Below, one piece after another: positions 1-11,524 of a stretch of DNA of 64,000 bases (positions within the stretch are counted from its first letter, which is position 1; each line of letters begins with the position of its first letter). Source of the stretch: a virus; IMG/VR virus record IMGVR_UViG_3300010399_000002, positions 1-64,000 of that record; one strand, written 5' to 3'. The position numbers and the translations under genes were made by a program. The notes beneath the pieces are model-generated. The model saw only the letters and a program-made list of their open reading frames with translations, did no database searches and was not told where the DNA came from.

Positions 1-124
1 ACCACGTAACTGCGTCTTCGGCCGGATCATCGCTGCGAGCTGGAACTTCCACCTCAACTCGATGCAAGCCGCACTCGACACATGAGTACTTGCAAGTGAT
101 CGTCGAAACGGGTACGAAAGCCAT
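1..124 (-). CDS. Hypothetical protein, truncated by window edge (MAFVPVSTITCKYSCVECG...)
   Basis: ATG at 124, open frame to position 1, CxxC motif; not in the ORF track because it is partial. Confidence 0.5.
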   Translation of the reverse strand, partial: MAFVPVSTITCKYSCVECGLHRVEVEVPARSDDPAEDAVTW

Positions 125-142
125 TTGTAGGACCTATCTAGG

Positions 143-228
143 AACTCATGGGGACTGTCAGGCACTCGCGGAACGGATCAAGTGGTAGTTGGAGATGGGT
201 TCGGGATCTGTGGCCGCTGTAGGAGCTT
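143..228. repeat. Tripartite dispersed motif, copy A
   Basis: CTGTCAGGCACT-N14-AGTGGTAGTTGG-N20-GCCGCTGTAGGAGCT; same blocks and spacing at 13261, 34081, 43161 and 61047. Confidence 0.8.
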
Positions 229-250
229 CTGCACTCGTAACTCAAAATTG

Positions 251-327
251 TGGTCGGGGCGGAGAGACTTGAACTCCCGACCCCCTGCGCCCAAGGCAGG
301 TGCGCTACCAGACTGCGCTACGCCCCG
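251..327 (-). tRNA. tRNA-Pro(TGG)
   Basis: Minus strand CGGGGCG acceptor stem, D-arm TAGCGCAGTCTGGTAGCGC, anticodon arm CCTGC-CTTGGGC-GCAGG, T-loop GTTCAAGTC, encoded CCA end. Confidence 0.97.
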
Positions 328-330
328 ACT

Positions 331-705
331 TTAATCTTTGCATGGGCAATCTGCGGAACATACATGACGTTGCTTGTGCGCTGGCAATTCCGCAACCTGT
401 TGCTCAACTCGTTCGTAACCGTCGCAATATGGAACTCGTCTGCGGCCACGTTCGTAATCGTGTAACGGATCTTCCACAAAGGCTCCACCGATCTTCATAG
501 CTGAAACACGATACCCGCACGGTGCTGGCCCGAACATGTCTTCTAACTCGGCCAGACACGTAACGAAACGTCGCTGCCATTCGATTGGAGCTGATTGCAG
601 AACTGATCTCGGAATTACCAGATACGGCGCATAAGTTAATCCGAACATCTCGTGAACTGGTTCGGAAGAGGCCTCGATCTGCACAACCTTATCTTGCAGA
701 CTCAT
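331..705 (-). CDS. Hypothetical phage protein
   Basis: 124-aa ORF whose start overlaps the terL stop. Confidence 0.7.
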   Translation of the reverse strand: MSLQDKVVQIEASSEPVHEMFGLTYAPYLVIPRSVLQSAPIEWQRRFVTCLAELEDMFGPAPCGYRVSAMKIGGAFVEDPLHDYERGRRRVPYCDGYERVEQQVAELPAHKQRHVCSADCPCKD

Positions 706-2273
706 CTTAACTCACCGCGCAACGTGGGCTTGTACTGACTGGCCATCGGTGCCATCGGAGCCTCGCGAGTTAAACTAACAACCGGAGCTAACGGACCGTG
801 ACCGTTTGACTTGATCATCAACCTTCTTAGAGCCTGCGAACAAGCATCTGCCTGATCTTTGTAAGCGGCTTTGGGAAAGTTACATAGCTCCTCGATGAAA
901 TCCGCGACCCACGGGCACATGTCAGGATGCGGAACATAGATGTTGCCGGACTCGAAGAACGGAGCTACGGCTGAAAGACGGGCTTCTTTACTGCCGTCGG
1001 CTCTCACGGCTATCAGACCGGGAACCTTTCTCTTGAGCTGATCTATAATTGCTGGACCGTTAGCTGCGTCTTCAACTAACTTCTTAGCGACCGTCGGCCA
1101 CTTCTCTGTAAAGTGCTCAACCGCGGCGCAACTCTGAGTGAAAGTCAGATGATCTCGATTGAGATCTAACAGATACGCATCTCCGCCTATTCGCATCCAC
1201 ACCTGGCCGCAGACGTAGGCACTATCTTTCAGCGCCTTGAAAGCCATGTCCCACGACTGCAACGAATCGTCCCACAGATCCGGATCGGGAGTCTCGTAAT
1301 AGAACTTGAACCAATGCCGTTTGATGATCCCGCCTTCTTGTGGAGACGGGCGCTGCTGGAGCTGTCCCGAAGAGCGCCAAGTACCCAATGCTCGTTCTAG
1401 AGCTTTTGTTTCTTCTTCGGGGAACTTTTTCGGCCAGAGCAATTCACCTTCTGCCTTCCTGGGATCGCTCCAACCGATTCCTGTTCTGCACGGGAACTTC
1501 GTCTCGTATCTCATTGGGAGTCTGAGCAATTCCCAACCTTCGTTCTTGCTAAGTAGATGTCCGCTCAAATCCCGTTCGTGAATCCGCTGCTGGACAATTA
1601 CCTTTCGGCCAGTCCTTTGGTCATTCAAACGAGTGGGCATAACCGTGTCCCACCAATCCAGAACATTGGCCATCATCGTATCTGGATAATAGGCCTCGAT
1701 TGCGCCGTGTGGATCGTCGCAGACTAGCACGTCTCCACCTTCACCAGTTGCGCCACCGTGACCGTGTATACCGTGCACCATTCGGAAGCCGCGGGTCGTA
1801 GTCTCGTATCTCGTTTTCTCATTCTGGTCTTCAGCTAACGAAAAGAGACTTCCCCAGTTCTTCTGATACCAATTCGATTCCAGCAATTGTCTGCACTTGA
1901 TAGAGTCTCTGGTAGCGAACTTGAAGGCATATGAACTATAGACCCATTTCGTCGTGCCCTTCTTTCTGATCCAATCCCAACTAGGCCAGAACACCGCTAT
2001 CGTTAAAGACTTCATGCACCTCGGGGGCATGTTTATTACAAGCAACTTGATCTGCCCATTCGATACTGCTTCCAGGTGCTCGCAGCACGCGTCTATATGC
2101 CAGTTCGGAACGAATGGAGTGGCTGGTTCTAAGATGCTCCAGGCTTGCTCCACGTATTCTCGTAAAGACCTTTCCGCAAGTTCCTTATTCACTTCTTCCA
2201 ACGTAGGAACTTCTGGAACAGTCTCTACTCTCTTCTTTCTAGCATTCACACTATGAAACCTGTACGCTGGCAC
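702..2273 (-). CDS. terL: Terminase large subunit
   Basis: NMPPRCMKS Walker-A-like motif, LVCDDPH Walker B, QQRIHERD, QLQQRP, C-terminal RNase H-fold nuclease (SWDMAFK, VEDAANG, KDQADA). Confidence 0.95.
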   Translation of the reverse strand: MPAYRFHSVNARKKRVETVPEVPTLEEVNKELAERSLREYVEQAWSILEPATPFVPNWHIDACCEHLEAVSNGQIKLLVINMPPRCMKSLTIAVFWPSWDWIRKKGTTKWVYSSYAFKFATRDSIKCRQLLESNWYQKNWGSLFSLAEDQNEKTRYETTTRGFRMVHGIHGHGGATGEGGDVLVCDDPHGAIEAYYPDTMMANVLDWWDTVMPTRLNDQRTGRKVIVQQRIHERDLSGHLLSKNEGWELLRLPMRYETKFPCRTGIGWSDPRKAEGELLWPKKFPEEETKALERALGTWRSSGQLQQRPSPQEGGIIKRHWFKFYYETPDPDLWDDSLQSWDMAFKALKDSAYVCGQVWMRIGGDAYLLDLNRDHLTFTQSCAAVEHFTEKWPTVAKKLVEDAANGPAIIDQLKRKVPGLIAVRADGSKEARLSAVAPFFESGNIYVPHPDMCPWVADFIEELCNFPKAAYKDQADACSQALRRLMIKSNGHGPLAPVVSLTREAPMAPMASQYKPTLRGELR

Positions 2274-2355
2274 GTTATATGCACTCGGAACTAATTACTG
2301 TATGACTCGTAGAAGTGAATTACTGTAACTCTGAGATACGCTTTATTTCTTCGAC

Positions 2356-4574
2356 TCAGACGTGTGCTGAACGAAACTTTGGGAAGTTACGCAACCATTC
2401 GGTAACTCTTTCTTCAACGATTGGAAAACCGTCGATGACGAAACCTTTAATAACTGGATCGTAGACGTATGACTTTATGCCGCCTTGTAGCAGTAACTGT
2501 TGCAAAGTCGAGAGTGTTGCTTGTAACTCTTTGGCGCGTTGGACTTGTCGCTTGTGGGTAATTGATTGACCCAACGCCTGCGACGTTTGCTGCGTCCACT
2601 TTTCATATTACTTCGCACCGAATTCTGAATCGAGCTTCTTCTGGATCTCAATGGGAATGTTCTCGACTTCGATACGATAGATCGGATGGAGATTCCTCTT
2701 CTCGGCTCTCTTGTCGAAGCACTTCAAACACAAGATCGTATCGTCACGACCTACAACGAGATCCCAAAACCAGTTCTCGATTGTCCACGCATACTGAGTC
2801 TTACGTCCGCAATCGTGACAGAACTCGTCAACCAATTGGAACTTGCACCAGATCGTCTTAACCCACGCTAGAATGCACATGACTGAAATCTTTCGGTGTC
2901 GTTGATCTCGTGATCTCTTCGTTTAACTTCTTGAAGCTTTCGTCTGAAAGAAGTCTCTCCCAACCGCCCTTGTTGTACCTGCGCCATTGTGACTTGTGAC
3001 CTATTACTTGTGCACAGAACTTAATAGCATCGATTCGACCTTGACTCGGTGGGCCTGTCCAATACGGATTACCTGGACCTTTGACTTCGATGATCATGAT
3101 TCGGTGGCCCTGCGATTAGTCTTGTGGCCGCGATGTCCCATTTCCCACAAACTGTAATTGATGGAAGACTGCACCAAAGAACGCTCTCCCATCTGGGTAT
3201 TGACTCGTTGACGCAGATGGTGGACACACAACATAAGAACATCATCTACGACTGGCCACGGACAGGACTTGCTGCCGGCGCAACTCATATCTCCCACTCT
3301 AGAAGATCTACAGTCTGACCTTTCAGTTCGTGTGTGCAATCTGGTTGAAAGATGATCTTGCCGTCAGTTACGTAGAAATGACAAATGTTCTTGACGTGTT
3401 CTTCACCTTCGTCCCACGTCACTAACACACTCGGCTTGAACGTAGGAAACTCGAGATCTCCATTGAACTCCCACTTGGCCTTTTGACTGTTGGGCTGTTC
3501 GGTATAGATAGCATGATGCCCTTTACAGCCAGGACACTGCATCATATAGCCCAGCAGCACACCGTTGCTACTGATTCGATGGAGCTTAGCCTTCTCACTC
3601 ATCTACGGCGGTCTCCACCTCGATGAACTCCGGCAGGCGTTCTTGCAGTAACTCGAGAAACATAGCTTCGCCTTGTTCTTCAGACAGCAAACCTTCTTCT
3701 ACGGCGTGACCTACCTGAAGAACGAGATTGGCTGCGAAGCTTTCATACTGGGGATTGATCTTGATCTTCAGCAGTAACTTTGCGTCTTGAGCCATCACGT
3801 CACCATCTGAATTTGTCTTTGCAGCAGCGGAGTCTTGAACATGGGCTCTAAACATTTTGAGCAGAACACTACCAAGAACCCTTCCTTGTGCTGTACGATG
3901 GTTGTGCTCTTGGGATGACACTTTGGCACCAGTATGCCTTGTGGTAACTGATCTACGTAAGCAATAGGAGCATCTCGTTCGATGAGAGCCTCTGCAACTT
4001 GGATCGTATCGACAAGATGTTTCGTCGCCATTACAAACCTTTGACGTGACGGTCGTGCAAATCCCTGAGCCAGAACAGTTGCTTCACTGAGACTGGCCGT
4101 TTGTTTCTTGGACGCATGGACAAAATGAACTCGACTGTTTCTCGGGACTTCTTCTCGTTGCTGATGCTCTCGCCTACGGTCTCGACAACTGGCTCTAGAT
4201 CTTTGAAGATACGATCAGCCTCTTCACGACGCTCTGCATCTGTACTGCCCGAGTCTTGAAATAGGCCCATGACAGATTATACCGCGTTACTGCAAGCGTC
4301 CGAGATTGGGTACTGTCTTGGCCATCAACTTAACGTGATTGATAACGAACACCGTGAAGCCTTCATCGTTGTCGGCTGTGATTGGAAGCTGAGCTCGCAT
4401 ACAACGATTGGTACCTGGGATTAGGGTCTCGAAGATTGGACCTTTACCTCCCCACCTTCCGCGAATGTAAGTACACACTCGCACTTGCAGACCGGCGGAC
4501 TCAATCGCCTTTTGGATCTTCTTTAGTCTCGGTGTGCTTTCTTGAATGAATACTTGGACTTCTTTGGCTGTCAT
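2356..4574 (-). other. Run of small tiled hypothetical genes between terS and terL (2608-2880, 2858-3097, 3595-~3855, 3795-4031, 4031-4270, 4287-4574)
   Basis: Minus-strand ORFs with abutting or overlapping start and stop codons; no recognisable domains. Confidence 0.6.
3285..3602 (-). CDS. DUF6527-like Cys/His protein
   Basis: CPGC..H...W.FNGD...PTF.PSVL...CH.YVTDGKI.F..DCTH pattern. Confidence 0.55.
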   Translation of the reverse strand: MSEKAKLHRISSNGVLLGYMMQCPGCKGHHAIYTEQPNSQKAKWEFNGDLEFPTFKPSVLVTWDEGEEHVKNICHFYVTDGKIIFQPDCTHELKGQTVDLLEWEI

Positions 4575-5164
4575 TGAGGAAGCACCTCCAACTGCAACAA
4601 ACGCAGTTTAGCTAGAGTCTTCCACTTGGGATCGTCAAACCAAATGATGACTGTACTGTAGCCGTAGCGTTGGAAATAAAATTTGCGGTCTGCCTCTTCT
4701 TCTTGCCTTGGCCAACCACGAAACTGTTCGTCGTGCCGAGTCCCAAAATACTCAATAACAATCTTGTTCTTTTCGTCAAGAAAATCTGGTACTCGACATC
4801 CGATGGGCTTTGGACTGAACTTAAAACGATGACTCAGATTGTATCTTTTGAGCAGAGACAAAATGTTGCATTCTGGACTGTTTGGTACAACTGCCTTGAC
4901 GTAAGCCCGAGCCCACTTTTTCTTTTCTGCCTCGCATCTTCGGCGGCCTTTGTTTGCTGCACTAATCTTACAACGCGTAGACTGAGATACTGGATGCCCA
5001 CGCAACGTTGCACTTAACTTACGTCTTGTAGCTCGCGAAACAGGACGACCTGTAAGCAAGGCACTAATCTTCTTTCGTGTAGCGACGGTGTGCCTCTTGC
5101 CCAAATGAGACTCACGTAACTTAGCCTTTGTTTCGGCTGTGTGCAAATGCCCGTACCCACTCAC
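4571..5164 (-). CDS. Free-standing putative homing endonuclease (NUMOD3-like repeats plus Vsr/DUF559-like nuclease)
   Basis: HTAETKAKLRESHLGK repeats; PNSPE...PDFLD...VIEYFG..H...GYSTVIIW. Confidence 0.8.
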   Translation of the reverse strand: MSGYGHLHTAETKAKLRESHLGKRHTVATRKKISALLTGRPVSRATRRKLSATLRGHPVSQSTRCKISAANKGRRRCEAEKKKWARAYVKAVVPNSPECNILSLLKRYNLSHRFKFSPKPIGCRVPDFLDEKNKIVIEYFGTRHDEQFRGWPRQEEEADRKFYFQRYGYSTVIIWFDDPKWKTLAKLRLLQLEVLPQ

Positions 5165-5658
5165 TGTATTGTGCCCTCGCTCTCAGACTGGCTGGCCTTT
5201 GTAATCAATTCTCGCAACTTGTGTAGGTCTCCAGTTGATAGTTTCTTTAAAGGAGACTGCTCGGTGTACTTGATCTCGCCACGCTGTTCGGTTATAACAA
5301 TGTCTCTCTGGCCCAGCATATTTTTTCCAAGCCAAATTTGCATTGTCACATTTCCTTTGTCGATAGCCGACTTCCACTGAGCACGGCGCAGTGACTCTTT
5401 GCCACGCTGCCAACCTCGTTCGAAAGCCTCAGCAAAGGCCACGCCGTTGGTCTCGTTGACTAATGTATCTTGACTCACGCCGAGCACCGCAGCTATCTCT
5501 TGCTGAGTACAGTGGATAGTAGCCAGCTTCTCAACGATCTTGCAGTCAATAGTCTTAGGCGGACGACCACGCTTCTTGACCGGAGTTATGCGATTGGCTT
5601 TTGGAGGACGGCCACGTTTCTTCTGGCCGGGTTTGGCTGCCCATGGTGAAGTACTCAT
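5161..5658 (-). CDS. terS: Terminase small subunit with two N-terminal AT-hook-like motifs
   Basis: HTH CTQQEIAAVLGVSQDTL, GNVTMQIWLGKNMLGQRD motif; start set at ATG 5658 (ATGA overlap with upstream stop). Confidence 0.85.
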   Translation of the reverse strand: MSTSPWAAKPGQKKRGRPPKANRITPVKKRGRPPKTIDCKIVEKLATIHCTQQEIAAVLGVSQDTLVNETNGVAFAEAFERGWQRGKESLRRAQWKSAIDKGNVTMQIWLGKNMLGQRDIVITEQRGEIKYTEQSPLKKLSTGDLHKLRELITKASQSESEGTIQ

Positions 5659-5996
5659 ACTGCGATGCAATCGGTCTGGGCTAGACGGAACGCCCAAAGG
5701 TCTTCAGGATTGATGGACTTGAACTTACTAGTATGATAGTCGCCCACCGTTTCACGGATGGTGTAGCTTTGGCCTGTGTAGCTTCGAGCTGTTAACGGTG
5801 TGGCTGGACCTATGCGCTCGACATCACTCGCACTATGGTTGAGTATTGTCTTCCAAACACGCGGCCGCTCGGGAGACATTTCAACTGGTGCTATCACTTT
5901 GGACTTAACCAGCTCCTTGGCCTTCTCGGCATGGATCTGATAAAGATAACGACCTGAGGCAGAGAACACCAGAACACGGCTGGCAAATTTGAGCAT
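5655..5996 (-). CDS. Hypothetical protein, first gene of the packaging operon
   Basis: 113-aa ORF downstream of a predicted promoter, coupled to terS. Confidence 0.7.
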   Translation of the reverse strand: MLKFASRVLVFSASGRYLYQIHAEKAKELVKSKVIAPVEMSPERPRVWKTILNHSASDVERIGPATPLTARSYTGQSYTIRETVGDYHTSKFKSINPEDLWAFRLAQTDCIAV

Positions 5997-6103
5997 GATT
6001 GACCTGCGGGTTACTTCGGCCGCCGGGTGAACTCAAACCCGAGTGTTTTGTTCTTTGGACCTCGCGGTCAGGCCCAGAGTGTTAACCTGCGAGCTCGTTA
6101 TGG

Positions 6104-6132
6104 AGTATAGTAAAACTCCCGCCTGAAGTAAA
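6104..6132 (-). promoter_or_regulatory. Sigma70-type promoter for the packaging operon
   Basis: Minus strand TTTACT-17bp-TATACT in an AT-rich intergenic gap. Confidence 0.65.
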
Positions 6133-6220
6133 GGTAATTTTTTGAGCCTGTATTTGGAGGGCCGCGGAGATACCTAACTTTACTGTAAATAATACAATAC
6201 TCTGAAAACTTGTTTTGGCA

Positions 6221-9200
6221 CTAAGACAGACGCTGGCCAAACTTGTGACCAAAACCTCGCACTCTACGCAGCACTATACCTTTACTCAGAGCCTCGATGG
6301 AGTCTTTGTACGCATTGTCGAACCAGTTACTCAAAAGCTCTTTGGCACCGTGCTGTCGGCACTTGCTTATAACTGCTACATTCTGCATCATGTCTGCATC
6401 ATGGAACTCTTTGACCGCAGCAGCGAGCGACCTGTACGCAGTCTCAGACTTGTGACACTGCAACTCCATCAGACAGTTATAGATCTTGCAACAGGGACAC
6501 TTTTCCACTTAGTACCTCCTTCTCAGTAAATCCTCTGCACGGGGAACTGATCCTTTAACTCTTCTTCTTGCGCACAGAGACTCGAACAATGGCCGACTTG
6601 TCGACGGCGGCTTGGATCATCCTGCGAGCTTCCAACAATGCACCTTTAGGTGTTGTAGCATCTACAACAAATAACAACACCGCACGGCATGTGTACTCTT
6701 CTTCTTTCTTCATCGCACGCACCTTCCTTTTCTTTGAACTCTTTAACTTGGACTTCACGATCTTCATTCCTTTCTCTGCACGCTCACGCTGCTCCTGCAA
6801 ATACAACTTGAGTGGCTTCGTACCGTGTGTCTCTCCTTTCGATGGATCGAAGTGATTCATCTTTTTGTAGGTTCCTTCGCCGAGCACTTTGTCGGTGACC
6901 CCCTGGGCTAATCGGTACAGCGCCATGTTCTCTCCCATCACTTACTTACCTCCACCTGTAAGCCAATGCTTGGAATCTTGCTAGCCTCCTTCTCTCGATA
7001 CTGAATGTTAGCGACAGCAAACTCCAACTTGCTAAGTGCCTTGCCCATTGCTCCGAGACTTTTCAACTCTCCCTCCCAATTTAAAAATTCTGCAGCTGCA
7101 TTGCCGACCTTCTCCAAGGACTTGTAGTACTCCAACAGGTCCTCTTCGATAGAGGCCTTACCGGGCGCGATGATCTCGTGGAATTTTCTCTTACGGTCGT
7201 AAATTCTGATCTTTGTTCCTTTCTTACTGATCTTCATCTCACTCTCCTTTCAGATCGTTCAACTCGTCTCTGAACTCCTGTCTCAAATCTTCGGCTGACA
7301 AACCTTGCCTCGCCTCGTCCTGTGTTACTTTGTCCGTAAGACACGTCCAACCATCTTTGTCCTTACACGGAGGATCGTGTCCATCTGGCAAAACGCAAAT
7401 GTATGGCACAGGCAAATCTTGTATTTGACAAATCACTTCGCGCTCCTTTCGATTGTGACTACCAACTTCCCTTTACGCGGTGACTTGGTTGGAAAACCGT
7501 TCTCGGGCCACTCCTCGGACTCCAAACTCAGAGCCCGCAGAATATTTACTGCACTGATGTAAAGTGTCTTGCTCTGCGGACTCGAGCGCCAGGCTTTTAG
7601 AGTCTCACCTTCGCTGTTATACACCGAGCGCTCGTACAGAACCAAGTTGCCTTGGTCTAAACACGGAACAACGAATACCTGATCGCTGTCTCTGAGCTTG
7701 CGACCCAGCAAAGCATTCACCAGTTGACTGGGTATAACCAACTGCGGTCTCTTGGGATTTCTCAGGCGGATGGTAGTCGGGGACCCGCCCTGCCCCACGT
7801 TGATTGGCTTCATGTCTTCTCCTTAGGGTCTTTTCTCTTTTCATCTTCGGCCGTCCATCCCCTCCGACCCCAACTTCCGTACTCGGTACGACCACTCATT
7901 CCGTTTCCGTGAAAGCTACCCGTTGCTGGACCGCCCGTCGTGGAACGGAAACCTGCATTCTGCTCAGCCTTGATATACTCTTCTTCGCTGACCTCTTTCT
8001 CGTCCCAAGGACCGTCGGGCTTCAAAAAATATCTTGTCTTCACTCTCCACCTCCATGAAACTCGCGGCGGGCTTTCAACAAACGATCTCGAACATGGACC
8101 GGAAGCTTATGGATCTCTGCTATACTCAACTTCACGGTCATCAGATACAACAACCGCAGATCCATGGCTTCTACTTCGACCTCGGTTAGCCGAGCTACAC
8201 TCATCATCGTAATCACTTCCCACCTCCGAGCTTCTTGAGCTTCTCTTCTTGAACTTGCAACCGCACCTTCATCGATCTGTTCTCATGCAACGCTGCATCT
8301 CGAGTCTCTTCAGCCTTCTCGACCCTCTCGAGCAGCAACTTGTTCTCAAACAACAACTGCTGTCTGGCACGCTCAAGCTCGTCAATACGTTTACGCTGTG
8401 CTTCGAACTCCGATGCGGCCTTCACCTTTCTGGGATTTGATTCGAGCAAATCAATCTTGAGCCACGCCTCTGACGGAGCAATTGGAACTGTTGTAACCTT
8501 TTGGATTGGTTCTGCTGGTATGGGCACCAACTTGCGACGGAAGTACAACGCGATCTCGATACCGTTCCACGTTATGACTCCGATGCGACTGTGCTGGTCT
8601 AACCAGGTGAAACCCATCTTGTCTTCGACTACGTGCCTGGATGCGTCCTCGCCTGAAGCGTAGCGTAGAGACTTGGCGCTTAGCTGCGGTCTGTTCTTCA
8701 CATCGATCAAATCCGAGTCTGGGACTTTCAACTGTTGCGCTGTTGAAAACACTATCGGCATCCTTACACCCCCTCCGTTATCTCTTCATGGCAATCTGGA
8801 CAGACCTTATCTGAATCGTCAACACTAGAATCGTTATTGGACGAGCCTGGATGAATACCTGGATGTGGTGCTAAATCCTCGGGCTTCCATCGCTCCAAGT
8901 AGTCGTGCCCGCAACCCCAACAGGACGGTGGCACCTTTACCTTCGTTGTAGGCATTTACGTCACCTCCGGCTTCAGTTCGGGAAAGAACTTATCTGCCAA
9001 CTCGAAAGAACGTTTCTGCGCTTCTTCTGAAGCTTCGTCCCAACACCCATCACTCGGACGACCTTCCACTTCAAGATACAACTTAACTGCTGACCAGATC
9101 TCTTTCTTGGACTCGGGATCTCCGTCATTGAACGACACCCAGTTGTCGTAGATCACAACTGCGATGACCTCTCGCCCTACAAAATGCTTCACCAGCACGG

Positions 9201-9838
9201 TGTACATCATTAAACCGTTTGGGTGCAGAGTAGCTTTTTGATCTCCCATCACTCTCCTCCTTTCGACTCACGCAGATGGATCTTTTTGGGCCTCAACTCC
9301 GAACGCGAAAAGTACAAAGCCCAAAACGCGAGACGCCTACGCTTGGGTATATACTGCCACAGGACCGCTTTGATAGCCGCACGCCTAGCAATCTCTTTGT
9401 TAGGCTTGTCCTTGTAATGTCGGCAAACCGAAGCTGAATACATTACTGACTGCGGTTCTTCGTTTGAAAGTTCTCGTATCTGTAACGTTGGTACTCTCGT
9501 CTCGATGTAGCAGATCGTCCGTTCGAACAAACCGGACAGCCTAGCAACCTTATCGTACTGAAAGGTTATAGCGTTACCGTACGCATCTCGAAGCATATCA
9601 GTTCACCTCCAATGGGATCCGTAGGCGGTGGAAACACAATCACTCCGCACTCCGAATGGAACACAAGATAATCGTTGATGTCTGTAACCCGAACCTCACA
9701 CTTGTTCTTGAGTGCTTTTGCGATGGAGCCTTCCATCTGAGCTTTCAACTCGGCCTCGTTGTCAACTCGAACAGGGTCTCCGTAGTAGCCTTTCTCATCG
9801 TAGATGTACACAAACAACGGATACAACTCTTCCATCAC
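6221..9838 (-). other. Cluster of small hypothetical genes (6221-6508, 6555-6941, 6938-7237, 7239-7436, 7433-7813, 7810-8043, 8213-8761, 8764-8955, 8956-9252, 9249-9596, 9566-9838)
   Basis: Tiled minus-strand ORFs, most with GGAG/GAGG SD and ATGA/GTGA overlaps. Confidence 0.7.
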
Positions 9839-10128
9839 TGCCTCCTCTTTTTACAAACGTGCGCTTTGATTTTCGTCCAACCTAACCTTCTGGCTGCTGT
9901 GATCCTGTGACTCCCGTCCATCAGCATATCTTGATTCTCACACAGAAACACTGGCAAGTAAGCTGCCTGCATGGAAAAAACGTACTCTTGCACTACAGAC
10001 TCCTTCTCGACAACATATGGACAGTACGTTTCAACATCGATCTCTTCGATTGGCAAGTGCTTGTAGTCCTCATACAAGTCTGTGAAAAAGCACTCACACT
10101 CATCTGCAAAAATCCCTTCTTCCATCAC
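9835..10128 (-). CDS. ParB/Srx-like N-terminal domain protein
   Basis: PVFL...MLMDGSHRITAARRLGWTKIKAHV motif; start at GTG 10128 overlapping the upstream stop. Confidence 0.7.
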   Translation of the reverse strand: MMEEGIFADECECFFTDLYEDYKHLPIEEIDVETYCPYVVEKESVVQEYVFSMQAAYLPVFLCENQDMLMDGSHRITAARRLGWTKIKAHVCKKRRQ

Positions 10129-11060
10129 AGCCCCCTTTTGGATCTTCCGATCTCTTCGACTACCCCGAAAAAGTAAGCAACCTGCAACATGGCAATCAGA
10201 CACGCTAGTTTGAACTGCCTGCTCCAAGGTTGAATGTAACATGCAAACGGATACAACACTGACTCCATCTGAAACCCGAGAGTATTGAAAGGACTTTCGT
10301 GTCGTCCATTCTCTGCTACGATCTTACTGAACTGATAGGCGCCTCGGCCGTATCTGCGAAATTGTAACCAGATCCTCTTTGGGCTCATTACATGACGATG
10401 GTAGACTACGACACTCGGATCGTAATGAATCTCGTAGCCTGCTGCTAACCAGCGGTCCCACAACTCACGGTCATCACCTGCGGTTAGATTCAGTCTTCTA
10501 TCATACTGACCTACCTCGTAGAAGAGTCGACGGGACACGGCCATGTTGTGACCTCCGCAGATCTTTGTCCTGTATGGTGCACCACCTTTCACGTCTGTAA
10601 AAATCTCGTGCAGGAACCGAATGAACAACTGACTGGCAACCGAACTTAGGTTGTCATACACAAGTGGAGAGATCTCCATCGGACCTCCCACCATGCAATT
10701 GGGATATTGTTGATAGTGTCTCTTGAGAGCGAAAAGCCAGTACTGATCGGGATGGCAATCATCGTCTAAAAACACCACGATCTCTCCTAGAGCTTTACTC
10801 GCCCCCAAATTGCGAGCTGCGGCTGCGCCAGAATTGGCTTGATGGAAAAATCTGGTGAGTAGCAACCTATGCTCGTACTGCGCGTACTGTTTGAACTGTG
10901 CATACATTTCGGTTAGGGCTTTTTCGTCACCTCCATCGTTGACGATGATCACCTCAAACTCAGGAGGATCGTATTGCTCACACAGCAACCGCAGCATCTC
11001 TCCGACGTACTCTGGCCGGTTGTATGTTGGAATTACGATTGAAAACGTTTTCCACTTCAC
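10125..11060 (-). CDS. GT2-family glycosyltransferase
   Basis: FSIVIPTYNR, VIIVNDGG, GAAAARNLG, VFLDDD, GDDRELW, QFRRYGRG. Confidence 0.9.
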   Translation of the reverse strand: MKWKTFSIVIPTYNRPEYVGEMLRLLCEQYDPPEFEVIIVNDGGDEKALTEMYAQFKQYAQYEHRLLLTRFFHQANSGAAAARNLGASKALGEIVVFLDDDCHPDQYWLFALKRHYQQYPNCMVGGPMEISPLVYDNLSSVASQLFIRFLHEIFTDVKGGAPYRTKICGGHNMAVSRRLFYEVGQYDRRLNLTAGDDRELWDRWLAAGYEIHYDPSVVVYHRHVMSPKRIWLQFRRYGRGAYQFSKIVAENGRHESPFNTLGFQMESVLYPFACYIQPWSRQFKLACLIAMLQVAYFFGVVEEIGRSKRGL

Positions 11061-11524
11061 CGGGACACCTCGCGATGGGGATCAAATTCTGTATCCTCCG
11101 ACATAAAGCGATGTTTAAACGGCCACGCATAGAAGATTGGTACATGTACTTGCCTGGCAAACCGAATGGTTGCCCATGTACCTGAACGCAAGACCTCTCT
11201 CATCTCGAACGGAGCTGCGATCAACGTATCTTTTCCGTCCTTGACAATTTTCTTGTTGCGCTCCAACGGATGCTCCGCGACCGCCACGAAATCCGCGTCC
11301 CGTGGAATTGGTGCTCTCGTACTAGCATTGGAAGGATATACGGCAATGAATACAGACAGGCCGCACACCTCACGAACTATCTCGTGAGCCTCCATGTCTG
11401 CACCGATGCAACAACCGTGACTGAACCTTTGGATCAATGGCTTGTACTTCAGAAGCCAAGTCTTCAGTTGCAACTTCTGATACTCTGTCATGCCTTGTTG
11501 TGTTCCTGTAAACGAGATATTCAC
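11057..11524 (-). CDS. SLOG/DprA-like nucleotide-binding protein
   Basis: ISFTGTQQG, HGCCIGADMEA, PLERNKKIV, RSGTWATIRFA; GTG start with GGAGG SD. Confidence 0.75.
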   Translation of the reverse strand: MNISFTGTQQGMTEYQKLQLKTWLLKYKPLIQRFSHGCCIGADMEAHEIVREVCGLSVFIAVYPSNASTRAPIPRDADFVAVAEHPLERNKKIVKDGKDTLIAAPFEMREVLRSGTWATIRFARQVHVPIFYAWPFKHRFMSEDTEFDPHREVSR

